A stretch of DNA of 64,000 nucleotides from a virus (taxonomy: Duplodnaviria; Caudoviricetes). Within the stretch, counting starts at the first letter, position 1, and each line of letters begins with the position of its first letter. A model generated the notes under the pieces. It saw nothing but the letters and a program-made list of their open reading frames with translations, searched no databases and had not been told where the DNA came from. The stretch covers positions 269 through 64,268 of the IMG/VR virus record IMGVR_UViG_3300037439_000266; one strand, written 5' to 3'. A program made the position numbers and the translations under genes. Positions 1-7,450 of this stretch are shown here, piece after piece.

Positions 1-7
1 GGGCGCT

Positions 8-23
8 TGTTTCACGTGAAACA
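8..23. promoter_or_regulatory. parS: parS palindrome TGTTTCACGTGAAACA (copy 1, intergenic)
   Basis: Exact 16-bp match to the canonical chromosomal ParB/Spo0J site. Confidence 0.9.
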
Positions 24-73
24 CGACCCCCGCCCCCCGAACCTCACCCGCCTCACGAACCTCAGGAGTCCCA

Positions 74-271
74 ATGTCCCGCACCGATTTCCCCGCCGAG
101 CCTGTTGTTTCACGTGAAACAGCCCGCGCCGAGGCTCGACTCGCCCAGGCCGACCTGCGCCTGGTCAACCGCGCCCACCAGCTGGGCCAGGCAACCGACT
201 CGGAGCGCCGCAGCGCGGTCACTGCCTACTTCGCGGCTGCCGCTCGCTTCATGGCGACGCGTCCCGCCTGA
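74..271 (+). CDS. Early microprotein, 65 aa; paralog of 349..732
   Basis: RBS caggag; C-ending codon bias; shared A(R/E)xRLAQxDL...GQATDxE motif. Confidence 0.75.
   Translation: MSRTDFPAEPVVSRETARAEARLAQADLRLVNRAHQLGQATDSERRSAVTAYFAAAARFMATRPA
106..121. promoter_or_regulatory. parS: parS copy 2, inside CDS (encodes VSRET)
   Basis: Exact TGTTTCACGTGAAACA. Confidence 0.9.
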
Positions 272-348
272 CCCCCCTGCCCCGGGGGGCGAACGCCCCC
301 CGGGCCCCCGACTCCCGCCTCACCAACCCCACCCGAAAGGCTCTTCTC

Positions 349-732
349 ATGAACACCATCGACCTGCGCCGCCTCGCCGCCGAGACCCGCCTCGCCCAGC
401 TCGATCTGAACGCCGCCCGCCGGGCCGCCGAGGTCGGGCAGGCCACGGACCGCGAGGTCTCGATGGCCGAGGCTGGCCGCGACTCCGCGCTCGAATTCTA
501 CGAGGAGGCCGAGGCGCTGGCCGACGAGGCGACGCCCCTGTTCTCCCCCCGCCCCTGGCTCACCGACCCCTACCTGCTCGCAGTCGCCGACCTCGCCGAG
601 GCGACCTGGGCAGCCCGCGAGGCCGATGTTTCACGTGAAACACTCGTCGGCCTCGCCGAGGACCTGCAGCTCGACCCCTGGCCCACCGAGGCCGAGCTGG
701 AGTGGGCCCACGAGATCCTGAACGAGGGCTGA
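349..732 (+). CDS. Early hypothetical protein, 127 aa
   Basis: RBS gaaagg; codon bias; paralogous N-terminus with 74..271. Confidence 0.8.
   Translation: MNTIDLRRLAAETRLAQLDLNAARRAAEVGQATDREVSMAEAGRDSALEFYEEAEALADEATPLFSPRPWLTDPYLLAVADLAEATWAAREADVSRETLVGLAEDLQLDPWPTEAELEWAHEILNEG
627..642. promoter_or_regulatory. parS: parS copy 3, inside CDS (encodes VSRET)
   Basis: Exact TGTTTCACGTGAAACA. Confidence 0.9.
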
Positions 733-800
733 CCGGCCCCCAACCCCCCGGGAGGCGTGACCCTGTGACAAAGATCACCGGGCTCGCCTCCCAACCCCCC

Positions 801-829
801 TTGTCGCTCTGACACGAACCTGGTAGACT
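801..829 (+). promoter_or_regulatory. SigA/HrdB-type promoter TTGTCG-17-TAGACT with TGTC-N5-GACA palindrome
   Basis: Hexamers with 17-nt spacer upstream of gene 888. Confidence 0.7.
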
Positions 830-887
830 TGTCTTAGACACACGGACGGGGCCCCCGCCCCGTCCCCAACCCGAAAGAAGGCCCGAA

Positions 888-1538
888 ATGGACGCCAACC
901 TCACCGCCCAGGCCCCCGCCCTCCCCACCGACGAGTCCGGCCGCCAGGTCGTCCTGATCGAGGACGGCAAGCAGCAGTGCAGCTGCTCCGACAACTGCCC
1001 CGGCCGCACCACCCGGTTCTTCTCCCAGGGCCACGACGCTCGCCTCGTCACCCGCCTCCGCAACGCCGTCACCGCCGGAGAGCTGCCGATCGCCGAGGCG
1101 TTCGCCGAGATCCTGAAGCGCGGCGGCACGGACCGCCTCCAGATCAAGCTCGACGCGGCCGTCGCCAACGCTCGCAAGCCCAAGGCCCCCAAGAAGGGTC
1201 GGAAGGCCGCGAAGGCGGAGCCCGTCGAGACCTTCGAGCTGGGCGAGTTCACTCTCGCCGTCACGCCCCTGGCGCAGAGCACCAACTTCACCGCCAAGGT
1301 CGGCCGGTGGGAGTACCGGGGCGAGCTGCTCACGTACCAGATCGTGGAGGACGGCCAGCCGTCCGAGGGCGACACGGTCCTGGTGTTCGGGTACGATGAC
1401 AAGAAGGGTGAGCGCCAGCTGACGACCTCCTTCTCCCGCGTCGCCGACGAGCCCGAGGTGGCGATCGAGGGCGACGAGGAGGAACTCGCTCGCATCGTGG
1501 GCGAAGTCCAGGCGGACACCTCCGACATCCCCTTCTAG
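888..1538 (+). CDS. Early protein with CxCxxxC..GHDA Zn-binding N-terminus, Lys-rich linker and SSB-like C-tail (DTSDIPF)
   Basis: RBS gaaagaagg; motifs seen in translation. Confidence 0.8.
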   Translation: MDANLTAQAPALPTDESGRQVVLIEDGKQQCSCSDNCPGRTTRFFSQGHDARLVTRLRNAVTAGELPIAEAFAEILKRGGTDRLQIKLDAAVANARKPKAPKKGRKAAKAEPVETFELGEFTLAVTPLAQSTNFTAKVGRWEYRGELLTYQIVEDGQPSEGDTVLVFGYDDKKGERQLTTSFSRVADEPEVAIEGDEEELARIVGEVQADTSDIPF

Positions 1539-1546
1539 CCGAGCCT

Positions 1547-1568
1547 GGGGCCCCCTTCGGGGGGCCCC
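1547..1568 (+). terminator. 9-bp GC hairpin with cUUCGg loop after gene 888..1538
   Basis: GGGGCCCCC-TTCG-GGGGGCCCC. Confidence 0.6.
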
Positions 1569-1597
1569 GCCCGCTCCCCCGTGAAGCCGCCCGGCAG

Positions 1598-1613
1598 CGT
1601 TTCACGTGAAACA
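1598..1613. promoter_or_regulatory. parS: parS copy 4, CGTTTCACGTGAAACA (intergenic)
   Basis: 15/16 match; 14-bp core GTTTCACGTGAAAC is perfect. Confidence 0.85.
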
Positions 1614-1642
1614 AAACCTCACCGTCCCGAAAGGACCCCCTG

Positions 1643-2386
1643 ATGACCCCCGACCAAGCCCTCCAGCGCCAGCTGAACCGAGGCTGCTCCGACGAGTGCC
1701 ACTGCCAGTTCTGCGTTTCGGACGACCTGGACGTCACCGCGGCGGCCCACGGCCTCGACACCGCCCGGCTCCAGCGAATCGCCCAGGAGTCCCGCGATGC
1801 CGCCAGGTCCCGATCGCCGAGGGGCGGGAACCGCGCGGGCCGCGCTGGCGGAGGGGCGCCCCGTCGCCGAATGAGGCTCCCCAGCCCCAAGCAGCTCGAC
1901 CTCATTGCCCGGCTGTTCCGGGAGCGGGACCTGGGCTCACCTCTGGAGGCCCAGGTCTGGGCCAGCCAGACCTACCCCGAGTGGTCCCGTTCCGCTCGGG
2001 ACTTCGATGGCAAGCGGGCTTCGGCGCTGATCGACGCCCTGATGAAGCTGCCCCGCCGGGGGCAGGCGGAGCGAGAGGCCGCGCGCGACGCCGTCGAGGC
2101 CCAGCTCCAGCAGGGGCGCCTCTACGCCCTGGGGGACGAGATTTACCGGGTCGAGCGCTCGAAGTCGTCGGGTCGGCTCTACGCCCTCCGCGTTTTGGAG
2201 GGAGGCGGCACCGAGTTTGCCCCGGGCCAAGTCACCAAGCTTGACCCCAAGGCGATTCTGACCCTGGAGGCGGCTAAGGCTTGGGGCCGTAAAACGGGCA
2301 CGTGCTGCAACTGCTACGCCCGTTTGACCAACCCGACGTCAGTCGAGCTGGGCATTGGCCCGGTGTGCAGGGCCGCCTTCGCCTGA
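1643..2386 (+). CDS. DUF6011-like Zn-finger protein (possible internal start at 1871)
   Basis: C-terminal CxxC..LTNPxSVELGIGPVC motif; RBS gaaagga. Confidence 0.75.
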   Translation: MTPDQALQRQLNRGCSDECHCQFCVSDDLDVTAAAHGLDTARLQRIAQESRDAARSRSPRGGNRAGRAGGGAPRRRMRLPSPKQLDLIARLFRERDLGSPLEAQVWASQTYPEWSRSARDFDGKRASALIDALMKLPRRGQAEREAARDAVEAQLQQGRLYALGDEIYRVERSKSSGRLYALRVLEGGGTEFAPGQVTKLDPKAILTLEAAKAWGRKTGTCCNCYARLTNPTSVELGIGPVCRAAFA

Positions 2387-2421
2387 CGCCACAACCCCCG
2401 GAGTCCGCCAGGACCCGGGGG

Positions 2422-2450
2422 TTGTGCGTGTCTGGGAGACATGGTAAGAT
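2422..2450 (+). promoter_or_regulatory. Promoter TTGTGC-17-TAAGAT with TGTC-N5-GACA in spacer
   Basis: Hexamer spacing of 17 nt. Confidence 0.65.
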
Positions 2451-2500
2451 CGGGGGGTCCTGGCGCTCCGCGCCTCCGCCTCCTTCGTTTGGGGTTCCTC

Positions 2501-2779
2501 ATGACCACTCCCTCCGCCCGTCCCGCCGCTGACGTGGCCGCCGAACTGCTCCAGTTCCACGCCCGCGACCACGGTGCCTTCCAGGTCCGCGTCCTGGTCT
2601 GCGAGCTGGGCGCATTCGCGCACTCCGGCGAGGCGCTGGCCGCCTACGACCTCCTCTGTTCCAGTTACACCTCTGGGCGACCGGTCTCGCGGCGCGTTCG
2701 AACCGAACGCATGGAGGCCCTGCGCGACGCAATTGCGGCCCAATCGGGCCCGGTCGAGCTGCGCGAGCCGATCTGGTAG
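2501..2779 (+). CDS. Hypothetical protein, 92 aa
   Basis: Follows a promoter; codon bias; ends before terminator hairpins. Confidence 0.65.
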   Translation: MTTPSARPAADVAAELLQFHARDHGAFQVRVLVCELGAFAHSGEALAAYDLLCSSYTSGRPVSRRVRTERMEALRDAIAAQSGPVELREPIW

Positions 2780-2791
2780 CCCCCCGCCGAC

Positions 2792-2880
2792 AGCCCCCGC
2801 AGCACCGCTGCGGGGGCTCTTCCTTGCCCGGGGACAAACTTAGAGCCCCAGATCCCCACTGCAATAGGGATCTGGGGCTC
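2792..2880. terminator. Two perfect hairpins (12 bp, 2792-2818; 14 bp, 2843-2880) between convergent operons
   Basis: Inverted repeats at the +/- strand switch. Confidence 0.7.
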
Positions 2881-2911
2881 CGAGCTTACGGGCGGCCTTC
2901 CGAGGCGGCTC

Positions 2912-3079
2912 CTAACGCCCCTCCGCCTGCAGCTCGTTGAGGTCGATTTCCTCCTCGTCGTGGACCTCTCCGCAGTCCTCGCACGGGGCTCCCTCGGCCT
3001 CGCGCTGACCCGCGTTCGAGGCGAGGTCCTCCATCAGGTCGTCGCAGAACTCGGGTTCGGGGGTCTCTTCGCGGTTCAT
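2912..3079 (-). CDS. Acidic 55-aa microprotein with CxxC...H (MNREETPEPEFCDDL...)
   Basis: Translated manually; ATGA overlap with upstream gene. Confidence 0.6.
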   Translation of the reverse strand: MNREETPEPEFCDDLMEDLASNAGQREAEGAPCEDCGEVHDEEEIDLNELQAEGR

Positions 3080-3288
3080 CGGTCCAGGTCCTCCTCAGGG
3101 ATGGAGCCGTAAAGGCTCGGGTTAGTGGGGTCACCCAGTTCATCGACCAGCTGGTCCCAGGTGCGCAGCGGGTTGAACTGGGGCTGGGGCTCTTCGGCCT
3201 CCGCCTCGGCAATGGCTTCCATTGCGTCGGGGTCCGCCAGAATCGCAGCGGTTTCGCTTTCCGAGGTCGGCTCGGGTTCATCGGCCAT
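3076..3288 (-). CDS. 70-aa acidic protein resembling the toxin-binding half of Phd/YefM antitoxins
   Basis: ETAAILADPDAMEAIAEAEAE segment; RBS ggag. Confidence 0.6.
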   Translation of the reverse strand: MADEPEPTSESETAAILADPDAMEAIAEAEAEEPQPQFNPLRTWDQLVDELGDPTNPSLYGSIPEEDLDR

Positions 3289-3601
3289 TGCGGCGCTCCT
3301 TCGATTTGAGATAGTTGATGTCGCTTTGGGCCCAGGCGATGGCCGCCACGGTGACCAAGGTGCCGATCACGGCCAGCCCGCCCCAGGCGGACAGGCCGCC
3401 CTGGAGCATCTGGGCCCAGGCGCCGAGCAGGGTGGCCAAGGCGCCGCTCGTGCCGACGATCAGGGGCGCGGCCAGCCATCGGCGGGGGTTCCACCAGCTG
3501 CGTTCGGACCAGTGGAGACTGCCGGGGCGGGGTCGCTTGGGGGGACGGCCCCCTGAACCCCCGCCTCCAGCTGTCACGGAGTAGCTTCGGTACTCGGTCA
3601 T
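3278..3601 (-). CDS. Membrane protein, 107 aa, 2 TM
   Basis: Two hydrophobic helices; ATGA coupling. Confidence 0.7.
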   Translation of the reverse strand: MTEYRSYSVTAGGGGSGGRPPKRPRPGSLHWSERSWWNPRRWLAAPLIVGTSGALATLLGAWAQMLQGGLSAWGGLAVIGTLVTVAAIAWAQSDINYLKSKERRNGR

Positions 3602-3768
3602 TTCGTTTTGGCGCAATCGGGACACGGCTCGGTCACGATGTCGTACTGCTGCCGGGTGTGGTTCCCTGAGGGGAACCGGCCCCGAGACACCCTGACGGAC
3701 CCGGTGCCTCCGCACCCCTTGCACGGCGGCTTGGGCGCCGCTGGCGGGTTCGAGTTCTTCTTGGCCAT
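3598..3768 (-). CDS. Zn-ribbon microprotein 1, 56 aa (CKGCGGTG...CPDC)
   Basis: DnaJ-type CxxCxGxG motif. Confidence 0.7.
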   Translation of the reverse strand: MAKKNSNPPAAPKPPCKGCGGTGSVRVSRGRFPSGNHTRQQYDIVTEPCPDCAKTK

Positions 3769-3883
3769 GATCAGATCTTCCCGGTTCCGACGCAGCGGGG
3801 GCACCTCATCCAGCGCCGCTCCTTGGTTTTGCAGTCTTCGGCCCAGTGGCCTCCGCTGCCGCGGCAGACGGGGCAGGTCGCCA

Positions 3884-4108
3884 CTAGCGGACCCCCCGGC
3901 CGCCGCAGGTGGGGCAGGTGATCCGCTCACCTTTCGTGACGGGCTTACCCTTGGAGTTGTAGCTGGTGACGGATTGGGTGATGGTCCGGTTTCCGTTGCA
4001 GTTGCTGCAGGTTCGGGTGGGCTCGCGCTCAGCCCGCTGCGACCGGTCGCCCCGGACGAGGTCCTGCTGGATGTAGTCGTCGAATTCATCTTTGTCCTTG
4101 CGGCCCAT
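3884..4108 (-). CDS. Zn-ribbon microprotein 2, 74 aa (CSNCNGNR...CPTCGGRG)
   Basis: Paired CxxCxG motifs; RBS gaggag. Confidence 0.8.
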   Translation of the reverse strand: MGRKDKDEFDDYIQQDLVRGDRSQRAEREPTRTCSNCNGNRTITQSVTSYNSKGKPVTKGERITCPTCGGRGVR

Positions 4109-4134
4109 TGCTAGCTCTCCTCTTCCTGAGCGGG

Positions 4135-4332
4135 TTACTGGAGGCCCGAGCCCTTGCAGCTGGGGCAGGTTACATCAACGATCTCGTAGGCCGGTTGGCC
4201 CTTGGCGTTGGTGCCCTTCTCTTGCGTCTCACTGACGGTACGGTCGCCTCGGCATTGGGGGCAGCTCCGGCGCGGCTCCGGCTTCGAACGGCCAGAGGAG
4301 TCGAAATTCTGGTAGTCCTTCTTGCGAGCCAA
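4135..4332 (-). CDS. Zn-ribbon microprotein 3, 65 aa (CPQCRGDR...CPSCKGSG)
   Basis: Paired motifs; RBS ggagga; TTG start. Confidence 0.8.
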   Translation of the reverse strand: MARKKDYQNFDSSGRSKPEPRRSCPQCRGDRTVSETQEKGTNAKGQPAYEIVDVTCPSCKGSGLQ

Positions 4333-4334
4333 GG

Positions 4335-4460
4335 CTAGTCCTCCTTCTTCGGCTCGGGCTCCTCGCGCTTGGGCTCTGGCCGAGGTGCGGGGCGTCGGGC
4401 CTCCCGCTTCACCCAGTCTTCGAACTCTTCCTTGTGGCCCCGGTACCGGTCACCGGCCAT
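4335..4460 (-). CDS. Charged 41-aa microprotein (MAGDRYRGHKEEFEDWVK...)
   Basis: Fills the gap in a tight operon; RBS present. Confidence 0.6.
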   Translation of the reverse strand: MAGDRYRGHKEEFEDWVKREARRPAPRPEPKREEPEPKKED

Positions 4461-4462
4461 TG

Positions 4463-4618
4463 CTATTTCCCTTTCTTTCCGGTGCCGCCGCAGGCGGTGC
4501 ATTCGATCCAGTTCTTGAGGACGTACTTGCCGCCGAACCCCTTGCAGGAGTCGCAGTCGGACTTGGCGGGCTGGGGGTCGCGGGGCTGCCCGGTTCCGGG
4601 GCGGGGCCACTTTCCCAT
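4463..4618 (-). CDS. Zn-ribbon microprotein 4, 51 aa (CDSCKGFG...CTACGGTG)
   Basis: Paired motifs. Confidence 0.75.
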   Translation of the reverse strand: MGKWPRPGTGQPRDPQPAKSDCDSCKGFGGKYVLKNWIECTACGGTGKKGK

Positions 4619-4623
4619 CGCAG

Positions 4624-4842
4624 CTACACCCAGCCCGTTCCGTCGCAGTTGCCGCACTTCTCGTTGGTGACTCCGGTGGTTTCACGGTAGCCGACGACAC
4701 CTTTACCGCCGGGTCCGCGAACGGCGACCTGCTTGGTGACCTTGAACTCGACCCAGCCGGTGCCCTTGCACCCGGTGCATCGCACTCCGGAGTCTCCGGA
4801 ACCGCCAGCGGGGCCTCCGGCCCGGCCTTTCTTCTTGGCCAT
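4624..4842 (-). CDS. Zn-ribbon microprotein 5, 72 aa (CTGCKGTG...CGNCDGTG)
   Basis: Paired motifs; RBS gaaagga. Confidence 0.8.
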   Translation of the reverse strand: MAKKKGRAGGPAGGSGDSGVRCTGCKGTGWVEFKVTKQVAVRGPGGKGVVGYRETTGVTNEKCGNCDGTGWV

Positions 4843-4945
4843 CGTTGCCATCCTTTCGTCGGGGTTTGCCGGGCAGGGCCAGCCCGAAGGCTCCGATCAG
4901 AACCATGGCCAGCCCTGCCACGAATGCGAATTCTAGGGCTTGCAT
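4703..4945 (-). CDS. Possible small membrane protein (N-terminal TM); 3' part overlaps next gene
   Basis: Hydrophobic N-terminus MQALEFAFVAGLAMVLIGAFG. Confidence 0.4.
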   Translation of the reverse strand: MQALEFAFVAGLAMVLIGAFGLALPGKPRRKDGNDGQEERPGRRPRWRFRRLRSAMHRVQGHRLGRVQGHQAGRRSRTRR

Positions 4946-4953
4946 TGCTTTAG

Positions 4954-5241
4954 CTAGTTGACTTTCTTCCTGCGGCCGTCCGGGCGGGGGCGGCCGTTGA
5001 TTCCGTCGAGAATCCGTTGAATGGACGTGCCCCCGGTTGGGCCGGGGCCGAGGTCCCCCGACCGCAGGTCGGTCTTGGTGCCGTCCGGGGTTCGGCGCTG
5101 GAGGGTCCAGCGGCCATCCTGGAGTTTCAGGCTACCCCAGTAGCGGTCTTGGGTTCGGGCGAAGTGGGCCACCTTGAAGTCGCCCGTCCGGGCGTCCTTG
5201 TAGATCGGGGCGAAGTGGGGTTGCGAGGTTTCAGTTTCCAC
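4954..5241 (-). CDS. Hypothetical protein, 95 aa
   Basis: RBS ggag; follows a promoter with -10 TACAAT at 5309-5314. Confidence 0.65.
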   Translation of the reverse strand: METETSQPHFAPIYKDARTGDFKVAHFARTQDRYWGSLKLQDGRWTLQRRTPDGTKTDLRSGDLGPGPTGGTSIQRILDGINGRPRPDGRRKKVN

Positions 5242-5323
5242 GGGGAACTCCAGGTTTCGGGTTTTGGGGGCTGGGAGGCCGGGCCAGGCGGTCCGTGCCT
5301 CCCAGACAATTGTACCATGCCCG

Positions 5324-5707
5324 CTAGGGGGCCGCCTCCGGGGGGTCGGCCGGGTGCAGGGTCCCGGGACGGTTGTCGTGGGGGTGCTTCAGGACGAACG
5401 AGTAGCTGCCCCCGCCTCCCTGCCAGGAGCGGCGGCAGGGCTGCCCCGCCGAGGCCCGGCAGGTCGGGCACGGCCCCCAGCTCACGTCGCCGTGGCGCTT
5501 CTCCCAAGCCCGCCACTTTGCGCAGTTGGCGCATTCGGGGTCGGGACAGGCGGCCCGCCGGGCGGCGCTGAGTTCGGACCGCAGCCGCCAGAGATCGGCA
5601 TGCGCCGAATCCAGCGCGTCCTGCAGCTTCTCGGTCGGCATTCGGTGGAGGTACATTGGGCCCTCCGTTCGGACCGGGTAGCGCTCCTGCTTTTCGTCGT
5701 CGGCCAT
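5324..5707 (-). CDS. Zn-finger protein, 127 aa (CPTCRASAGQPC...HPH)
   Basis: Actinophage-type CPxCxAxxGxxC motif; RBS gaaagga. Confidence 0.7.
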   Translation of the reverse strand: MADDEKQERYPVRTEGPMYLHRMPTEKLQDALDSAHADLWRLRSELSAARRAACPDPECANCAKWRAWEKRHGDVSWGPCPTCRASAGQPCRRSWQGGGGSYSFVLKHPHDNRPGTLHPADPPEAAP

Positions 5708-5721
5708 TGCGGATTTCCTTT

Positions 5722-5964
5722 CTACCAGTGGTAGGGGTTGCGGTTCAGCAAGTCTTGGACAGCCGCCTCGTTGCGGCGGTTCCATTCGATTTCCCACTGC
5801 TCCAGCAGGAACCCGAGCATTTCGACGTGCTCCTCCCGGAGGCGGACCTGGGCGTTGAGCCGAGGTGCCGCCTCCAGGGAGTTCAGATCCTGCAGGCTCT
5901 GGCGGATTCGATCGATCTTGCGGTCGATCTCCATCTGCACCTGCATCCACTGGGGGAGCTTCAC
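5722..5964 (-). CDS. Helical hypothetical protein, 80 aa
   Basis: GTGA overlap; coiled-coil pattern. Confidence 0.6.
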   Translation of the reverse strand: MKLPQWMQVQMEIDRKIDRIRQSLQDLNSLEAAPRLNAQVRLREEHVEMLGFLLEQWEIEWNRRNEAAVQDLLNRNPYHW

Positions 5965-6902
5965 TTCAGGAGGCCCCGCATCTGGTCCAGGAGCTCGGCC
6001 TTCTGGCGGGTCTCGTCGTCGACCAGCTCCCGGGGGAGGTCCTGCGCGAGCTGGACCAGGGCCGCCCCCACGGTCTGGGCGTGATTGGCGAGGCGCTGGG
6101 CCTCGAAGTGGAGGTCCAGGACCTGGTTGCCGAGGTCCTCCATTCGGGCCATTACGCCAGTCGGGGGGGCGGTCGGCACCGGTTCGGCCTTCGGGGCGGG
6201 CTCGGTTCGGATTGCAACGGGGACGCGGTCGGCCAGGATTTCCTCCTTGGTCGGCCCCGGGCGCGGCTCGACGGGGAGCACCCCGCCAAGGTCCCGCTCC
6301 GGGTGCATTCGGCTCTGGTGGGTGGGGAGACCCCGGGGGTTGTCGAAGGTGCGGTTGCAGATCTCGGCCTTGCCGTCTCGGAAACCGCCGGTGGGCTTCA
6401 GGCACTGGAATCGGACCGAGCCGTCCACCAGGAGCAGCTCGCGGGCGTCCTCCACGACGCGGGGTTCGCCGCCCCGGGAGGGCTGGTAGCGCGCCTGCGC
6501 CACCTCGGCGATCCCGAGTCGGATTCCCTCCACCTCGACGTAGCCGAGGCTCGGGTTGCTGGGTTCCATTTTCGCTTCTTTCTTGGGTTCGGGGGCCTGC
6601 TTCGCAGACTGCATCAGGTGCTCGGGGACCCCGTTCAATTGGCGGTCCTGGGCGATTCGTTCGAGGCGGTCCTTCTCGCGCTGGAGCTTCAACTTTTGTT
6701 CGAGGGCGTCCAGGCCCTTGTGGCGAGCCTTGCGCATCGCCATCTTGTAGCCGTTGGTGTCGCTGGGGGATTCGGCCCAGGACATCGTGGTGCCGTCTGG
6801 GAGGTCGGCCTTCCAGTGGCCGTTGGGCACCAGGCGGGCGTTCCAGCCCACGGCGTTGCAGCGGTCGGCCAGCTCCCGGGGCCAGTTCTTCCTACTGCCC
6901 AT
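5961..6902 (-). CDS. 313-aa protein with HicA-like N-domain, C2H2-like finger and coiled coil
   Basis: GWxxRxxxxGHWK..PDG...SPSD; C..C...H..H pattern. Confidence 0.7.
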   Translation of the reverse strand: MGSRKNWPRELADRCNAVGWNARLVPNGHWKADLPDGTTMSWAESPSDTNGYKMAMRKARHKGLDALEQKLKLQREKDRLERIAQDRQLNGVPEHLMQSAKQAPEPKKEAKMEPSNPSLGYVEVEGIRLGIAEVAQARYQPSRGGEPRVVEDARELLLVDGSVRFQCLKPTGGFRDGKAEICNRTFDNPRGLPTHQSRMHPERDLGGVLPVEPRPGPTKEEILADRVPVAIRTEPAPKAEPVPTAPPTGVMARMEDLGNQVLDLHFEAQRLANHAQTVGAALVQLAQDLPRELVDDETRQKAELLDQMRGLLK

Positions 6903-7450
6903 CAGAGTTCCACCTCCTGCCCCCGCCACAGCTCGCCGGTTTTGACCCTGGTGCCGTTTCGGAACCGGACCTCGATGTTGCCCAGGATTCCGAGCCGGGC
7001 GGCCCAGGTGAGGACCTCCGAGGGGGTCGTGTCGTAGAGGTTGCGGCGACCCTGCGGCTGGTCGGACTCCAGGGTCAGGACGTGGGCCATTGCCACGGTG
7101 ACGCGGTAGCCGGGGCCGGAGCGCCAGCGGGTGGCGCGGTAGCCCCAGTCGCCGCTGCCGTGAGCGGCCTGCCAGGTTTCGTTGCCCTCAGCGTCGAGTC
7201 CCTTCTGGGGGGTCGCGCCGAGGCGGTCGGCCAGCTTCCAGAGTTCGGCCCAGCGGGGGCCGGGAACGGCCCGGAGGGTTCGGCTGAGAGGCCGCGTGAG
7301 ATGGCTGTTCGTCCAGGGCCTGCTGTCGCTGGTCCAGCGGGGGTCGTACCAGTGGATCAGGTTCTGGTCATCCACGAGGACCCGACCGTTGGGTCCGCTG
7401 CTAAGCTCGGCGAAGATTTCCTCGGTGCGGCTAGGCTTTGCCCATCCCAT
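6902..7450 (-). CDS. Hypothetical protein, 182 aa
   Basis: Translationally coupled ORF. Confidence 0.7.
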   Translation of the reverse strand: MGWAKPSRTEEIFAELSSGPNGRVLVDDQNLIHWYDPRWTSDSRPWTNSHLTRPLSRTLRAVPGPRWAELWKLADRLGATPQKGLDAEGNETWQAAHGSGDWGYRATRWRSGPGYRVTVAMAHVLTLESDQPQGRRNLYDTTPSEVLTWAARLGILGNIEVRFRNGTRVKTGELWRGQEVEL

